The notes beneath the pieces are model-generated. The model worked only from the letters and a program-made list of their open reading frames with translations. It was not told the origin of the DNA and made no database searches. A DNA stretch of 47,172 nt from a virus (taxonomy: Duplodnaviria > Caudoviricetes). Shown here piece after piece: positions 18,210-25,532 of the stretch; positions within the stretch are counted from its first letter, which is position 1; each line of letters starts with the position of its first letter. A program made the translations under genes and the position numbers. The stretch covers positions 1-47,172 of IMG/VR virus record IMGVR_UViG_3300020464_000007. The stretch is one strand, 5' to 3'.

Positions 18210-18225
18210 CCGACCCTTATACAGG
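18210..18225 (+). promoter_or_regulatory. Candidate phage RNAP promoter CCGACCCTTATACAGG (copy 1)
   Basis: Exact 16-nt repeat with 23244-23259; resembles T7 CGACTCACTATAGGGAGA; intergenic. Confidence 0.5.
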
Positions 18226-18253
18226 AGAAGGGAAGGGTGGACCCGACTTCTGC

Positions 18254-18295
18254 GAAGGAAGGAACTCGTGTCTAACGACACTCCTTCCTTCTTTT
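18254..18295 (+). terminator. Stem-loop with T tract after TerL
   Basis: GAAGGAAGGA...GTGTC-TAAC-GACAC-TCCTTCCTTC followed by TTTT. Confidence 0.55.
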
Positions 18296-18361
18296 ATCTG
18301 ATGATTCGTTTCCGTACTCATCTTATAAATACTACCACCAACTACGTTAACCACCTCTTAC

Positions 18362-18991
18362 ATGTATCATACAGTATCATTAGTACACACCACCCCGGAT
18401 GCTGAACAACTTATAGCCTATATGGCTCGTGTATCTAACCCTGATAACCAGGATAACCCCAAGTCAGAACGTTTGATTAGGTACTTAATTAAACATAAAC
18501 ATTGGTCACCGTTTGAGATGGTGAATATGTGCGTACAGATAGAGACAACCCGAAGTGTTGCTGCTCAAATCTTACGTCACCGTAGCTTTAGCTTCCAAGA
18601 GTTTTCCCAACGGTACGCTCAAGTGACGGAACCTGCGCTTATCCCTAAGCTTAGACGGCAAGATACTAAGAATAGACAGAATAGTATTGATAACTTAGAT
18701 CCTGTTACTGTTGATGAGTTTAATATCAAGATGAATAGCTTGTTTGAGCTTAGTGAGAGCCTGTATAACGAAATGTTAGCAGCTGGTGTAGCTAAAGAGT
18801 GTGCAAGAGACATCTTACCCCTCTCAACACCCACTAAACTCTATATGAACGGTACCCTGCGGTCTTGGTTGCACTATTGTGACCTCAGATGCGCTAATGG
18901 TACCCAATATGAGCATAAACTTATTGCAGATCAGGTTAAAGGCTTGATTGATCAGGAGTTTCCCACCATTTATGCAGCTATGTTCTGCTAA
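18362..18991 (+). CDS. thyX: FAD-dependent thymidylate synthase
   Basis: ThyX motif RHRSFSFQEFSQRY; HWSPFE; KECARDILP. Confidence 0.97.
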   Translation: MYHTVSLVHTTPDAEQLIAYMARVSNPDNQDNPKSERLIRYLIKHKHWSPFEMVNMCVQIETTRSVAAQILRHRSFSFQEFSQRYAQVTEPALIPKLRRQDTKNRQNSIDNLDPVTVDEFNIKMNSLFELSESLYNEMLAAGVAKECARDILPLSTPTKLYMNGTLRSWLHYCDLRCANGTQYEHKLIADQVKGLIDQEFPTIYAAMFC

Positions 18992-18995
18992 ACAC

Positions 18996-19124
18996 ATGTT
19001 TTTACTTAATATGCTGATTGTCGGACTGGTTGAAACCGGTCCAGACACTTTTTTACTGCAGTTACAGGCGGAAACCGGAGAGGTTATAGAGTATACCCTG
19101 TCGAAAAATGACAGAAATTTGTGA
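18996..19124 (+). CDS. Small hypothetical protein, 42 aa (MFLLNMLIVGLVETGPD...)
   Basis: Manual translation; starts 4 nt after the thyX stop. Confidence 0.45.
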   Translation: MFLLNMLIVGLVETGPDTFLLQLQAETGEVIEYTLSKNDRNL

Positions 19125-19137
19125 ACCCTCTTTTTAT

Positions 19138-19152
19138 TGAGAATGATTCTCA
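19138..19152. promoter_or_regulatory. Fur-box-like 7-1-7 palindrome TGAGAAT-G-ATTCTCA
   Basis: Perfect inverted repeat; two mismatches to the 7-1-7 Fur consensus TGATAATnATTATCA. Confidence 0.55.
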
Positions 19153-19193
19153 TTTACCCCCAATGGGGTGCCGTTGTGCCACTTTTTTTTCTG

Positions 19194-19286
19194 CCGCTCG
19201 CTGCGCTCGCTTCCTCTGCGCTGTGATATACTGCGCTCCGCCGCGCCAACCGGTGGGTGTGGGGAGCGAGCGCGTAGCGCGAGCGG
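19194..19286. repeat. GC-rich imperfect inverted repeat (large hairpin)
   Basis: CCGCTCGC(19194-201)/GCGAGCGG(19279-286) and TGCGCTCGCTTCC(19202-214)/GGGAGCGAGCGCG(19262-274). Confidence 0.7.
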
Positions 19287-19307
19287 GATGCTGCGTGTTG
19301 CAGTTAT

Positions 19308-19322
19308 TGAGAACGATTCTCA
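19308..19322. promoter_or_regulatory. Second Fur-box-like palindrome TGAGAAC-G-ATTCTCA
   Basis: One mismatch to the 19138 copy; same TTAT 5' flank. Confidence 0.5.
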
Positions 19323-19388
19323 AAACATCTGTCTGCGCATATTAGCGTATCTTATCAACAATGATAAGCAGTGCTAATCGTAGAACGC

Positions 19389-19417
19389 TTGACATGTGCG
19401 GTGATGCATGCCATACT
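19389..19417 (+). promoter_or_regulatory. Host sigma70 early promoter P1
   Basis: TTGACA-17 nt-CATACT with extended -10 TG. Confidence 0.8.
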
Positions 19418-19614
19418 ATATGCATACCAACGGAGGAACACTGACTAAACTAAAAGACACAACATTTGTACTTGGTAGTAAACCAATGCGTGCGTTGCTA
19501 TGGTGTAACACAGTGCCAAAAGGTAAGCGTAACAAACCAGCTAAGATCAATGGCATTCAGCATCATGAAATCAGCAACAGCGTAGAACACACGTACTACC
19601 AACCTGTTCAATGA
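19408..19614 (+). CDS. Early hypothetical protein (start uncertain, possibly CTG 19441)
   Basis: The ORF-track start lies inside P1; GGAGG at 19432-36 precedes an in-frame CTG. Confidence 0.45.
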   Translation: MPYYMHTNGGTLTKLKDTTFVLGSKPMRALLWCNTVPKGKRNKPAKINGIQHHEISNSVEHTYYQPVQ

Positions 19615-19641
19615 ACCAATGTTACAAGTGTCCACCATTGC

Positions 19642-19670
19642 TTGACTTCCACGCCAATCCGTGCCATACT
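19642..19670 (+). promoter_or_regulatory. Host sigma70 early promoter P2
   Basis: TTGACT-17 nt-CATACT, extended TG; upstream TGTCCAC motif. Confidence 0.8.
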
Positions 19671-19676
19671 AACAGT

Positions 19677-19847
19677 ATGAAAAACAAACAACCAATCCGC
19701 TTCAACTCACAAGGTGTGTACGCTTCTGATTCTCGCCTTGCTAGCATTGCTGCTGAGTGCATCGCTGCCGAGCGTGCTGCTACTGCTGCTCGTCGTGCTG
19801 CTCTTGCTGCCGGTGCGCAGGAATCCACCTGGTTAGTCAACTGGTGA
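19677..19847 (+). CDS. Early Ala-rich small protein (MKNKQPIRF...), probably leaderless
   Basis: ATG begins 7 nt after the P2 -10 box. Confidence 0.6.
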   Translation: MKNKQPIRFNSQGVYASDSRLASIAAECIAAERAATAARRAALAAGAQESTWLVNW

Positions 19848-19862
19848 ACTGTCCACTAGCTC

Positions 19863-19891
19863 TTGACTTCTCACTCATTCTCTGCCATACT
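19863..19891 (+). promoter_or_regulatory. Host sigma70 early promoter P3
   Basis: TTGACT-17 nt-CATACT, extended TG; upstream TGTCCAC motif. Confidence 0.8.
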
Positions 19892-19897
19892 TAACGC

Positions 19898-20101
19898 ATG
19901 ACTTACACACGCACTCAACTCATCTCAGCATTACAGCATGAGTATGAGTATCTTATCCACGATGACTTCGATCCTGACACTGACATGTCAGCTGAGCAGC
20001 ATCTAGAGTACCTCGGTTGTCTGTCTGATTCTGAGCTTATTGCTGAGACTTGCACTGACGACACCTATACTCTCGACGAGTTCATGCACAACCACGGTTG
20101 A
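19898..20101 (+). CDS. Early acidic small protein, probably leaderless
   Basis: ATG begins 7 nt after the P3 -10 box; very D/E-rich. Confidence 0.7.
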   Translation: MTYTRTQLISALQHEYEYLIHDDFDPDTDMSAEQHLEYLGCLSDSELIAETCTDDTYTLDEFMHNHG

Positions 20102-20173
20102 TCGTTACACAGAGTGCATACGTGCATTCTCTGTAGCTATCATTGCTACTTCATTCACTCTACACATTCACAT

Positions 20174-20422
20174 ATGTCTGCTTTCATTGTTCGTAACTCC
20201 AGCTGTGCTGATGGTGTCGCTGTTGATCTTCTGACTGGCACTGCATCAGTTTTGTTTGCAAATGGTGCTGTGTACAACTACACCAACGTATCACGTCGTG
20301 CTATCACTAACCTGTTGCTCAATCGTAACATCTCTCTTGGTTTCTGGATCAATGAGAATCTGGTTGACAGCAAGCGTGTAGAGTTCACACAAACCTACGA
20401 CGCATTGCCTGCTGGTTGCTGA
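20174..20422 (+). CDS. KTSC-like domain protein 1
   Basis: SS...VLFANGAVYNYTNV...SLGFWINEN matches the KTSC pattern (SS..., F..G..Y.Y..V, S.G.F.N). Confidence 0.55.
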   Translation: MSAFIVRNSSCADGVAVDLLTGTASVLFANGAVYNYTNVSRRAITNLLLNRNISLGFWINENLVDSKRVEFTQTYDALPAGC

Positions 20423-20497
20423 TGTTTACCTTGAGGGCATTCGTGCCTTCAATGTAGACTTCATGTCTACTATTATCCACCTTATTTTACATTCACA

Positions 20498-20737
20498 ATG
20501 TTCTTTATTCCTGCTGCACGTAACACCATCAAGTCTTCTTCTATCGAGCAACTTGAGATCTCTCCCAATACAAACCAAGCACTGGTAACATTCAAGGGAG
20601 GTAACCAGTACCTCTACAGCAACATCGACGAGGATGCAATGTTCGACGTTATCTTCCACAATGTCAAGTCTTTTGGCAAGTGGGTTAACGACAACTGCAA
20701 GACTGCTGGTGTAGCTTGCTTCCCGATTGCTGCCTAA
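20498..20737 (+). CDS. KTSC-like domain protein 2
   Basis: KSSSIEQL...LVTFKGGNQYLYSNI...SFGKWVNDN. Confidence 0.6.
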   Translation: MFFIPAARNTIKSSSIEQLEISPNTNQALVTFKGGNQYLYSNIDEDAMFDVIFHNVKSFGKWVNDNCKTAGVACFPIAA

Positions 20738-20773
20738 TTCGTGTCACTCATCAAACAACACATTCACAACATC

Positions 20774-21109
20774 ATGACTCAAACTACGTTGTCACCTTTA
20801 CAGGAAATTGTATCCAACATTATTGAGACTGATGCAGAGCATCTTATTGACATGTTTATCAATGAGCTGCGCGGTTATGGGTTGGATGATGTAGAAGATT
20901 TACAGAATGCTTACTCTGGTTGTTTCCCAAGTGTGGAGGCATTCAGTGAGAATCTAGTTGAAGATTGTTACGGACACGAACTCGACAAGTTGCCAATCTT
21001 TTTGCAGTCAGCTATTGATTACGAGATGGTATGGCATCAGAGTTTGCAATATGATTACTTTGAAATTTATTTTAATTATGAATACTATTTCTTCAATCGT
21101 AATGTGTAA
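20774..21109 (+). CDS. ArdA-like antirestriction (DNA-mimic) protein
   Basis: Highly acidic; AYSGCFPSVEAFSENLVEDCY...LPIFLQSAIDYEMVW resembles the ArdA C-terminal motif; early position like T7 ocr. Confidence 0.65.
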   Translation: MTQTTLSPLQEIVSNIIETDAEHLIDMFINELRGYGLDDVEDLQNAYSGCFPSVEAFSENLVEDCYGHELDKLPIFLQSAIDYEMVWHQSLQYDYFEIYFNYEYYFFNRNV

Positions 21110-21137
21110 CTAATTCTAATTACATTGCAATCACAAT

Positions 21138-21172
21138 CCGTCGCTATTACTAATACATAGCGGCGGTTTTTT
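21138..21172 (+). terminator. Rho-independent early terminator
   Basis: CCGTCGCTAT/ATAGCGGCGG stem followed by T6. Confidence 0.8.
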
Positions 21173-21190
21173 ACATCTCCACATTCATAA

Positions 21191-21210
21191 CACATTCACC
21201 AAGGACGCAG
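21191..21210 (+). repeat. 20-nt leader motif CACATTCACC(A/A)(A/C)GGACGCAG, copy 1 (copy 2 at 22399-22418)
   Basis: 19/20 identity; both copies lie immediately 5' of start codons. Confidence 0.75.
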
Positions 21211-21212
21211 CT

Positions 21213-21446
21213 ATGGCTAACGTTTACGTTCTCCGCTATTCTTTGCCGTACGAATCTACTGAAATGGTATCAGTGTACTCTACGCTACGTGGTGCAATGA
21301 ACCGTCTTGAAATAATGGATCTACATGACTCTTTCGATGAGGATGAGTCTGTTACCATTGAGTGCATGGAAATCATCACTGAAGAGGTGTCACTCGAACG
21401 TCTCAACAGCATCCGCAAACACTACGCAGAAAAAAACAGCAAATGA
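21213..21446 (+). CDS. Early hypothetical protein
   Basis: ORF track; preceded by AAGGA. Confidence 0.65.
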   Translation: MANVYVLRYSLPYESTEMVSVYSTLRGAMNRLEIMDLHDSFDEDESVTIECMEIITEEVSLERLNSIRKHYAEKNSK

Positions 21447-21619
21447 TGCAAACCAAACCAATCACGCGTTACACACGTGCCGGTAAACACGGCAAAGAGA
21501 TCATGTGTACATGTGGCGCGGTGCATCGTGTTTATCACTTTGCATGGTGCGCTTTAGGTTGCCAAACATGTGGTAACATGGTTGACAAATACGATTATCA
21601 AGTTGTTATTAGCAAATGA
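21443..21619 (+). CDS. Small Zn-ribbon-like protein, 58 aa (CTC...VYHFAW...CQTC)
   Basis: Manual translation; ATGA-coupled at both ends. Confidence 0.65.
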   Translation: MMQTKPITRYTRAGKHGKEIMCTCGAVHRVYHFAWCALGCQTCGNMVDKYDYQVVISK

Positions 21620-21735
21620 ACTGGAACGAATCAACCATCATCCTCGCCTGCATCGGTATGGTAGGATTGTTCAGCACTGCTATCATCTGGCAGCGCTCAA
21701 ACCGAATTACTTCTAAATACTATGGCAAACGCTAA
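21616..21735 (+). CDS. Single-TM micro-protein, 39 aa (MNWNESTIILACIGMVGLFSTAIIWQR...)
   Basis: Manual translation; ATGA overlap; basic C-tail. Confidence 0.6.
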   Translation: MNWNESTIILACIGMVGLFSTAIIWQRSNRITSKYYGKR

Positions 21736-21925
21736 ATCATTGGATGATGACTATTTCATCAAGAATGCTGTGTTATGTTGGCTGCATCATTACGGCGACA
21801 AAGGGCACAGGTGGGATGACATTTACAAAGAGTTAGCATCCCGCGATACGTACACCACCAAACCAACTCCACGCCGTGCTACAAAAACAACAACTAAAAG
21901 AGTACGAGTACAAAACAACAACTGA
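21722..21925 (+). CDS. Early hypothetical protein
   Basis: ORF track; operon continuity. Confidence 0.6.
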   Translation: MANAKSLDDDYFIKNAVLCWLHHYGDKGHRWDDIYKELASRDTYTTKPTPRRATKTTTKRVRVQNNN

Positions 21926-22040
21926 CAGTCAGGTGCGCTATCTTTTAGCACCCGATTCAGAGCACGCTGCATGGGCTGCTGCTGAATTGTCCGGTGGCAG
22001 TCAATATGTCCTAGATGTGAGGTTATGTGATGAGTGGTAA
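21876..22040 (+). CDS. Small hypothetical protein, 54 aa (...YLLAPDSEHAAWAAAELS...)
   Basis: Manual translation from GTG; fills the gap before 22030. Confidence 0.5.
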   Translation: MLQKQQLKEYEYKTTTDSQVRYLLAPDSEHAAWAAAELSGGSQYVLDVRLCDEW

Positions 22041-22338
22041 GTATTACCCCAACAACTGGGAAGCATGGTATGAAATGCCAGAGGACTTCCTAGCAACTCC
22101 CACATGGGAGGAATTTGAAGACTGGAAACTGCGCGGCTGGGAGCTACCTAGCTCTGTTTGTTGTATCATCCGCGCTAACACCAACAAAGGCAAAATCAAA
22201 GAATTTGTCTACCAAAAACAACATGCAGCAGAAGAACGTATCCGCACTCTTATGGCAGAGGGTGTTGAGTTCACTGTTGTAACTGAAGATCAAATCCGTT
22301 TCGTTACACCCGTCACCGATGAGCATTATCTCGATTGA
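22030..22338 (+). CDS. Conserved cyanopodovirus-type hypothetical protein (KYYPNNW...WELPSSVCCIIR)
   Basis: ORF track; position upstream of RNAP. Confidence 0.7.
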   Translation: MSGKYYPNNWEAWYEMPEDFLATPTWEEFEDWKLRGWELPSSVCCIIRANTNKGKIKEFVYQKQHAAEERIRTLMAEGVEFTVVTEDQIRFVTPVTDEHYLD

Positions 22339-22450
22339 ACAATTTGAAGAACTGAGTGAGATTTACCCTGAGCTGGCTCAGTGCTACGATCTCGATTCCA
22401 CATTCACCACGGACGCAGGAGAGCCTATTGCCAACACCAGCCGAGATTGA
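22319..22450 (+). CDS. Small acidic hypothetical protein, 43 aa
   Basis: Manual translation MSIISIEQFEELSEIYPELAQCYDL...; bridges to RNAP. Confidence 0.4.
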   Translation: MSIISIEQFEELSEIYPELAQCYDLDSTFTTDAGEPIANTSRD

Positions 22451-24785
22451 ACGCCAGATACAACTGGAACGAGAAGCCATCGCATGTGGTCTCAAAAAAC
22501 TACACAAAACCACCCTTGATGTAGAAAAGAAAGACTATGCATCGGCTAGTATTTATGGGGTGGTGTGCATTGACCGTCTGCTTCCTGATGTGGTTGCATA
22601 TTGCGAGTCAACTAAACATAGGATAATCAAAGGGCATACTGGAGCAGCATTTGCTGAAGTCCATAAATACTTAGATGAACTAGAATCTCTTGCCATTGCT
22701 GCAATTGCGTTAAAAATTACTTTTGATAAAGTATTTTCACTCAAAGATAAAAGCAATCAATGTCAAAATGTTCTAACAAGCATCGGGCAAGCTCTAGAAC
22801 AAGAGTGTCAGATGAGACACTATCAACGTGAAGCTCCTGGTCTACTTCATGTTATCAAAAAGAACACCCTACACAGCTCCTCAGGGACGCAGCAACGCCT
22901 TTCATCTACTCGTCATGAGATGAACAAAAAGGGCGTCAAGCCGTGGTCACGCTGGTCGTCTGATGTTCGTCTGAGACTTGGCGCGTGGATTCTTGACGCT
23001 ATCTGCGAAAAATCAGGTTGGTTTGAGCGTTTGAAAGTACGCAAAGGCAGGAAAACCTTTGAGTATCTTGTACCAACTGCTGCTTTTTCTGATGTCAAGG
23101 ACGAGATCATGACGAGTGCTGAGTTGTTCTCTCCTCTCGCATGGCCGATGTTAGTCCCACCAAAGGACTGGAAACATGATGAACCTGGCGGCTATTTGCT
23201 GAACGAGGTTATGAACGGTCATGATTTGGTACGTCGTGGAGACCCGACCCTTATACAGGGGGAAATCCCTCTCGACTTTTTGAACAAAATTCAGAAGGTA
23301 GCCTACCGAGTAAACCCCTTTATTGTAGAGGTTGCTAGGTGGTGTGAAGAGAAGGGGATAGCAATCGGTAAGTTCAAACCGATTGAGGATTTTGAAGATC
23401 CTCCCAAACCTGTAAACATCGATGAAGATGAAGAGGCAAGGAGAAGGTACAAAAGAGACGCCAGGGACGTTCACAACAAACGTAGTCAAGAGACTAAGAA
23501 GTCATGCCGGACACGGATGACAATGAATGCTGTTGCTAGGTTTGAAGATGAAGAGAAGTTCTACATTCCGTGGTCGTTTGATTACCGAGGACGAGCGTAC
23601 CCAATCCCTGCATTCCTCACACCACAAGATACAGACTTTGGAAAAAGTTTATTGAAGTTTGCTTCTGGGTCGTTTATGACACCTGAAGCTGAGGAATGGT
23701 TAGCGTTTCAAGTTGCTACAACATATGGTCTTGATAAAGAACCTATTGGCAAACGTTTAGAATGGGTTGAAAAGAATACCCACCTAATCACCTGTGTCGC
23801 TTCTAATCCCATCGACCACATTCACGAATGGGAAGAAGCTGATGAGCCTTGGCAGTTCCTTGCAGCGTGTGAGGAGTATTACCATTGTGTTCTAAGATGT
23901 GATCGTCAAGAAACATCCTTACCTGTAGCTACAGATGCTACCTGCAGTGGTCTACAAATCCTTGCTGGTTTAGCGAGAGATCGGAGCACAGCTAAGTTAG
24001 TAAATGTACTGCCCTCTGATCGTCCACAGGATGCTTACAAGGTCGTAGCTAACACTGCTACACCATATGTTCCTAAGTCCATCAAACCTTACATGGACAG
24101 GAAAACGGTGAAGCGTGTAGTGATGACCGTCCCCTATAATGCTAAACCCTTTAGCAACAGAGGCTATATCAAGGACGCACTGAAAGAGAAAGGTGTTGAG
24201 ATCGACAAAGACGACTTGACAAAGACAGTCATTGCTGTTAGAAATGCTATGGATGAGGTCGTACCTGGTCCCATGGCTGTCATGTCTTGGATTGAGTCTG
24301 AGGTTGCTAATGCAATTGAACGTGGGTCTGGAGAACTTGAGTGGGTAACACCATCTGGGTTCGTAGTCCGTCAACGTTTAATGAAGAAAGATGTCAAACG
24401 CATCGAACTTCAGTTACTTGGTTCTTGTAAACTTGGTGTCGTTGTTGGTGAAGACACGGACGACGATGGCAAGCCTAAAGTTGACAAGCAACACCACAAG
24501 AACGCAACAGCACCGAATCTAATCCACTCACTCGATGCCTCGCTCCTCCACATTAGTGCACTTCGTTTTGAAGCACCGATCGCTCTCATTCATGACTCTG
24601 TATTGTGTCGTGCTACTGACATGTCTACTCTCAGTAACATTGTCCGAGAGACATATATGCACCTCTTCGCAGAGCACGATTACTTGCGAGACTTCGCTCA
24701 CCAAATAGGAGCGGAGACTGAACCACCGATCATCGGAGACCTTGAACCGGAATCCGTGATTGAATCCACTTATTTTTTCTGTTAA
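22428..24785 (+). CDS. Single-subunit DNA-directed RNA polymerase (T7 gp1-like)
   Basis: FDYRGRAY, DATCSGLQ, RKTVKRVVMTVPYN, PNLIHSLDAS and IHDS motifs; probable TTG start after AGGAG. Confidence 0.98.
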   Translation: MPTPAEIERQIQLEREAIACGLKKLHKTTLDVEKKDYASASIYGVVCIDRLLPDVVAYCESTKHRIIKGHTGAAFAEVHKYLDELESLAIAAIALKITFDKVFSLKDKSNQCQNVLTSIGQALEQECQMRHYQREAPGLLHVIKKNTLHSSSGTQQRLSSTRHEMNKKGVKPWSRWSSDVRLRLGAWILDAICEKSGWFERLKVRKGRKTFEYLVPTAAFSDVKDEIMTSAELFSPLAWPMLVPPKDWKHDEPGGYLLNEVMNGHDLVRRGDPTLIQGEIPLDFLNKIQKVAYRVNPFIVEVARWCEEKGIAIGKFKPIEDFEDPPKPVNIDEDEEARRRYKRDARDVHNKRSQETKKSCRTRMTMNAVARFEDEEKFYIPWSFDYRGRAYPIPAFLTPQDTDFGKSLLKFASGSFMTPEAEEWLAFQVATTYGLDKEPIGKRLEWVEKNTHLITCVASNPIDHIHEWEEADEPWQFLAACEEYYHCVLRCDRQETSLPVATDATCSGLQILAGLARDRSTAKLVNVLPSDRPQDAYKVVANTATPYVPKSIKPYMDRKTVKRVVMTVPYNAKPFSNRGYIKDALKEKGVEIDKDDLTKTVIAVRNAMDEVVPGPMAVMSWIESEVANAIERGSGELEWVTPSGFVVRQRLMKKDVKRIELQLLGSCKLGVVVGEDTDDDGKPKVDKQHHKNATAPNLIHSLDASLLHISALRFEAPIALIHDSVLCRATDMSTLSNIVRETYMHLFAEHDYLRDFAHQIGAETEPPIIGDLEPESVIESTYFFC
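23244..23259 (+). promoter_or_regulatory. Candidate phage RNAP promoter (copy 2) inside the RNAP gene
   Basis: Exact match to 18210-18225. Confidence 0.45.
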
Positions 24786-25351
24786 TGCCACGCACTATCC
24801 ATAAAACTGAACAGCCTGTGATCCTCGAAGGTTATCAAGCTGTACTGAAGCCAAGCAAGTTTGGCTATTCCCTGTCTGCAATTGTCGATACCGACATGGT
24901 TGCAAACCTGGAAGAAGATCGTACTGAGTCTCTCGAATGGGCACAGTCTAAGCTGAAGAACCCGAAGCGTTCTACCCTGAAGCCTGAGCCATGGGAAGAG
25001 GTTGCTGAAGGTCAATTCAAAGTTAAGTTCAGCTGGAATGAAGAGAACCGACCGCCTGTCGTCGATACCGAAGGTACACCTGTCACAGACGAAAATACGC
25101 CCATGTATTCTGGTAGCCGAGTTAAGTTGGCGTTCTATCAGAAACCGTACATCCTCAAGGATGGTGTTACTTATGGAACAAGCCTTAAATTGGTTGGTGT
25201 ACAACTGGTGTCTCTGCAGTCAGGAGCTGGTGTAGATACTGGTGATATGGCTGCTGAAGATGTAGCCGCTCTGTTTGGTAAGACTGAAGGTTTCAAAGCT
25301 AACGATCCTGCTGTCACTGTTATCCCTGGTTCCGACGAAGATGACTTCTGA
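24785..25351 (+). CDS. Single-stranded DNA-binding protein (gp2.5-like)
   Basis: Position; GS.VKL, SLKLVGVQLV; acidic tail ending in F (DEDDF). Confidence 0.88.
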   Translation: MPRTIHKTEQPVILEGYQAVLKPSKFGYSLSAIVDTDMVANLEEDRTESLEWAQSKLKNPKRSTLKPEPWEEVAEGQFKVKFSWNEENRPPVVDTEGTPVTDENTPMYSGSRVKLAFYQKPYILKDGVTYGTSLKLVGVQLVSLQSGAGVDTGDMAAEDVAALFGKTEGFKANDPAVTVIPGSDEDDF

Positions 25352-25532
25352 TTTTCAATTCACTGTTGCAAAGGATGAGGTTACGGGTATCTACAAAGGT
25401 ACCCTTGACATCCAACTCCCTCCCATTTGTGTCACCCGTTACAAGGCTGACAAGAATGACTTTAAGTACGAGATGTCTCGTGCTGTAACTGAAGTTGTTG
25501 AGGCTATCATCGAAAAGAACATGGACGACTAA
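25341..25532 (+). CDS. Hypothetical protein (MTSDFQFTVAKD...)
   Basis: ATG 25341; TAATG-coupled to the endonuclease. Confidence 0.6.
   Translation: MTSDFQFTVAKDEVTGIYKGTLDIQLPPICVTRYKADKNDFKYEMSRAVTEVVEAIIEKNMDD

Larger units (their letters stand above)
19125..19388. other. Non-coding region, probable physical genome end / collapsed terminal repeat
   Basis: Lies between the last late gene and the early sigma70 promoters, as in T7 organisation; rich in palindromes. Confidence 0.65.

Noticed and set aside
19121-19377. ORF-track ORFs of 74 and 69 aa in the terminal region
   Set aside because: Cys/Arg-rich translations of palindromic GC-rich DNA; more plausibly non-coding.
19380-19900. CRISPR-like or iteron array from recurring TGCCATACT / CTTGAC
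   Set aside because: Spacing and content are explained by three sigma70 promoters.
24780-24790. Integrase expected after RNAP in some cyanopodoviruses
   Set aside because: RNAP is TAATG-coupled directly to SSB; no recombinase motifs or att site recognised anywhere.
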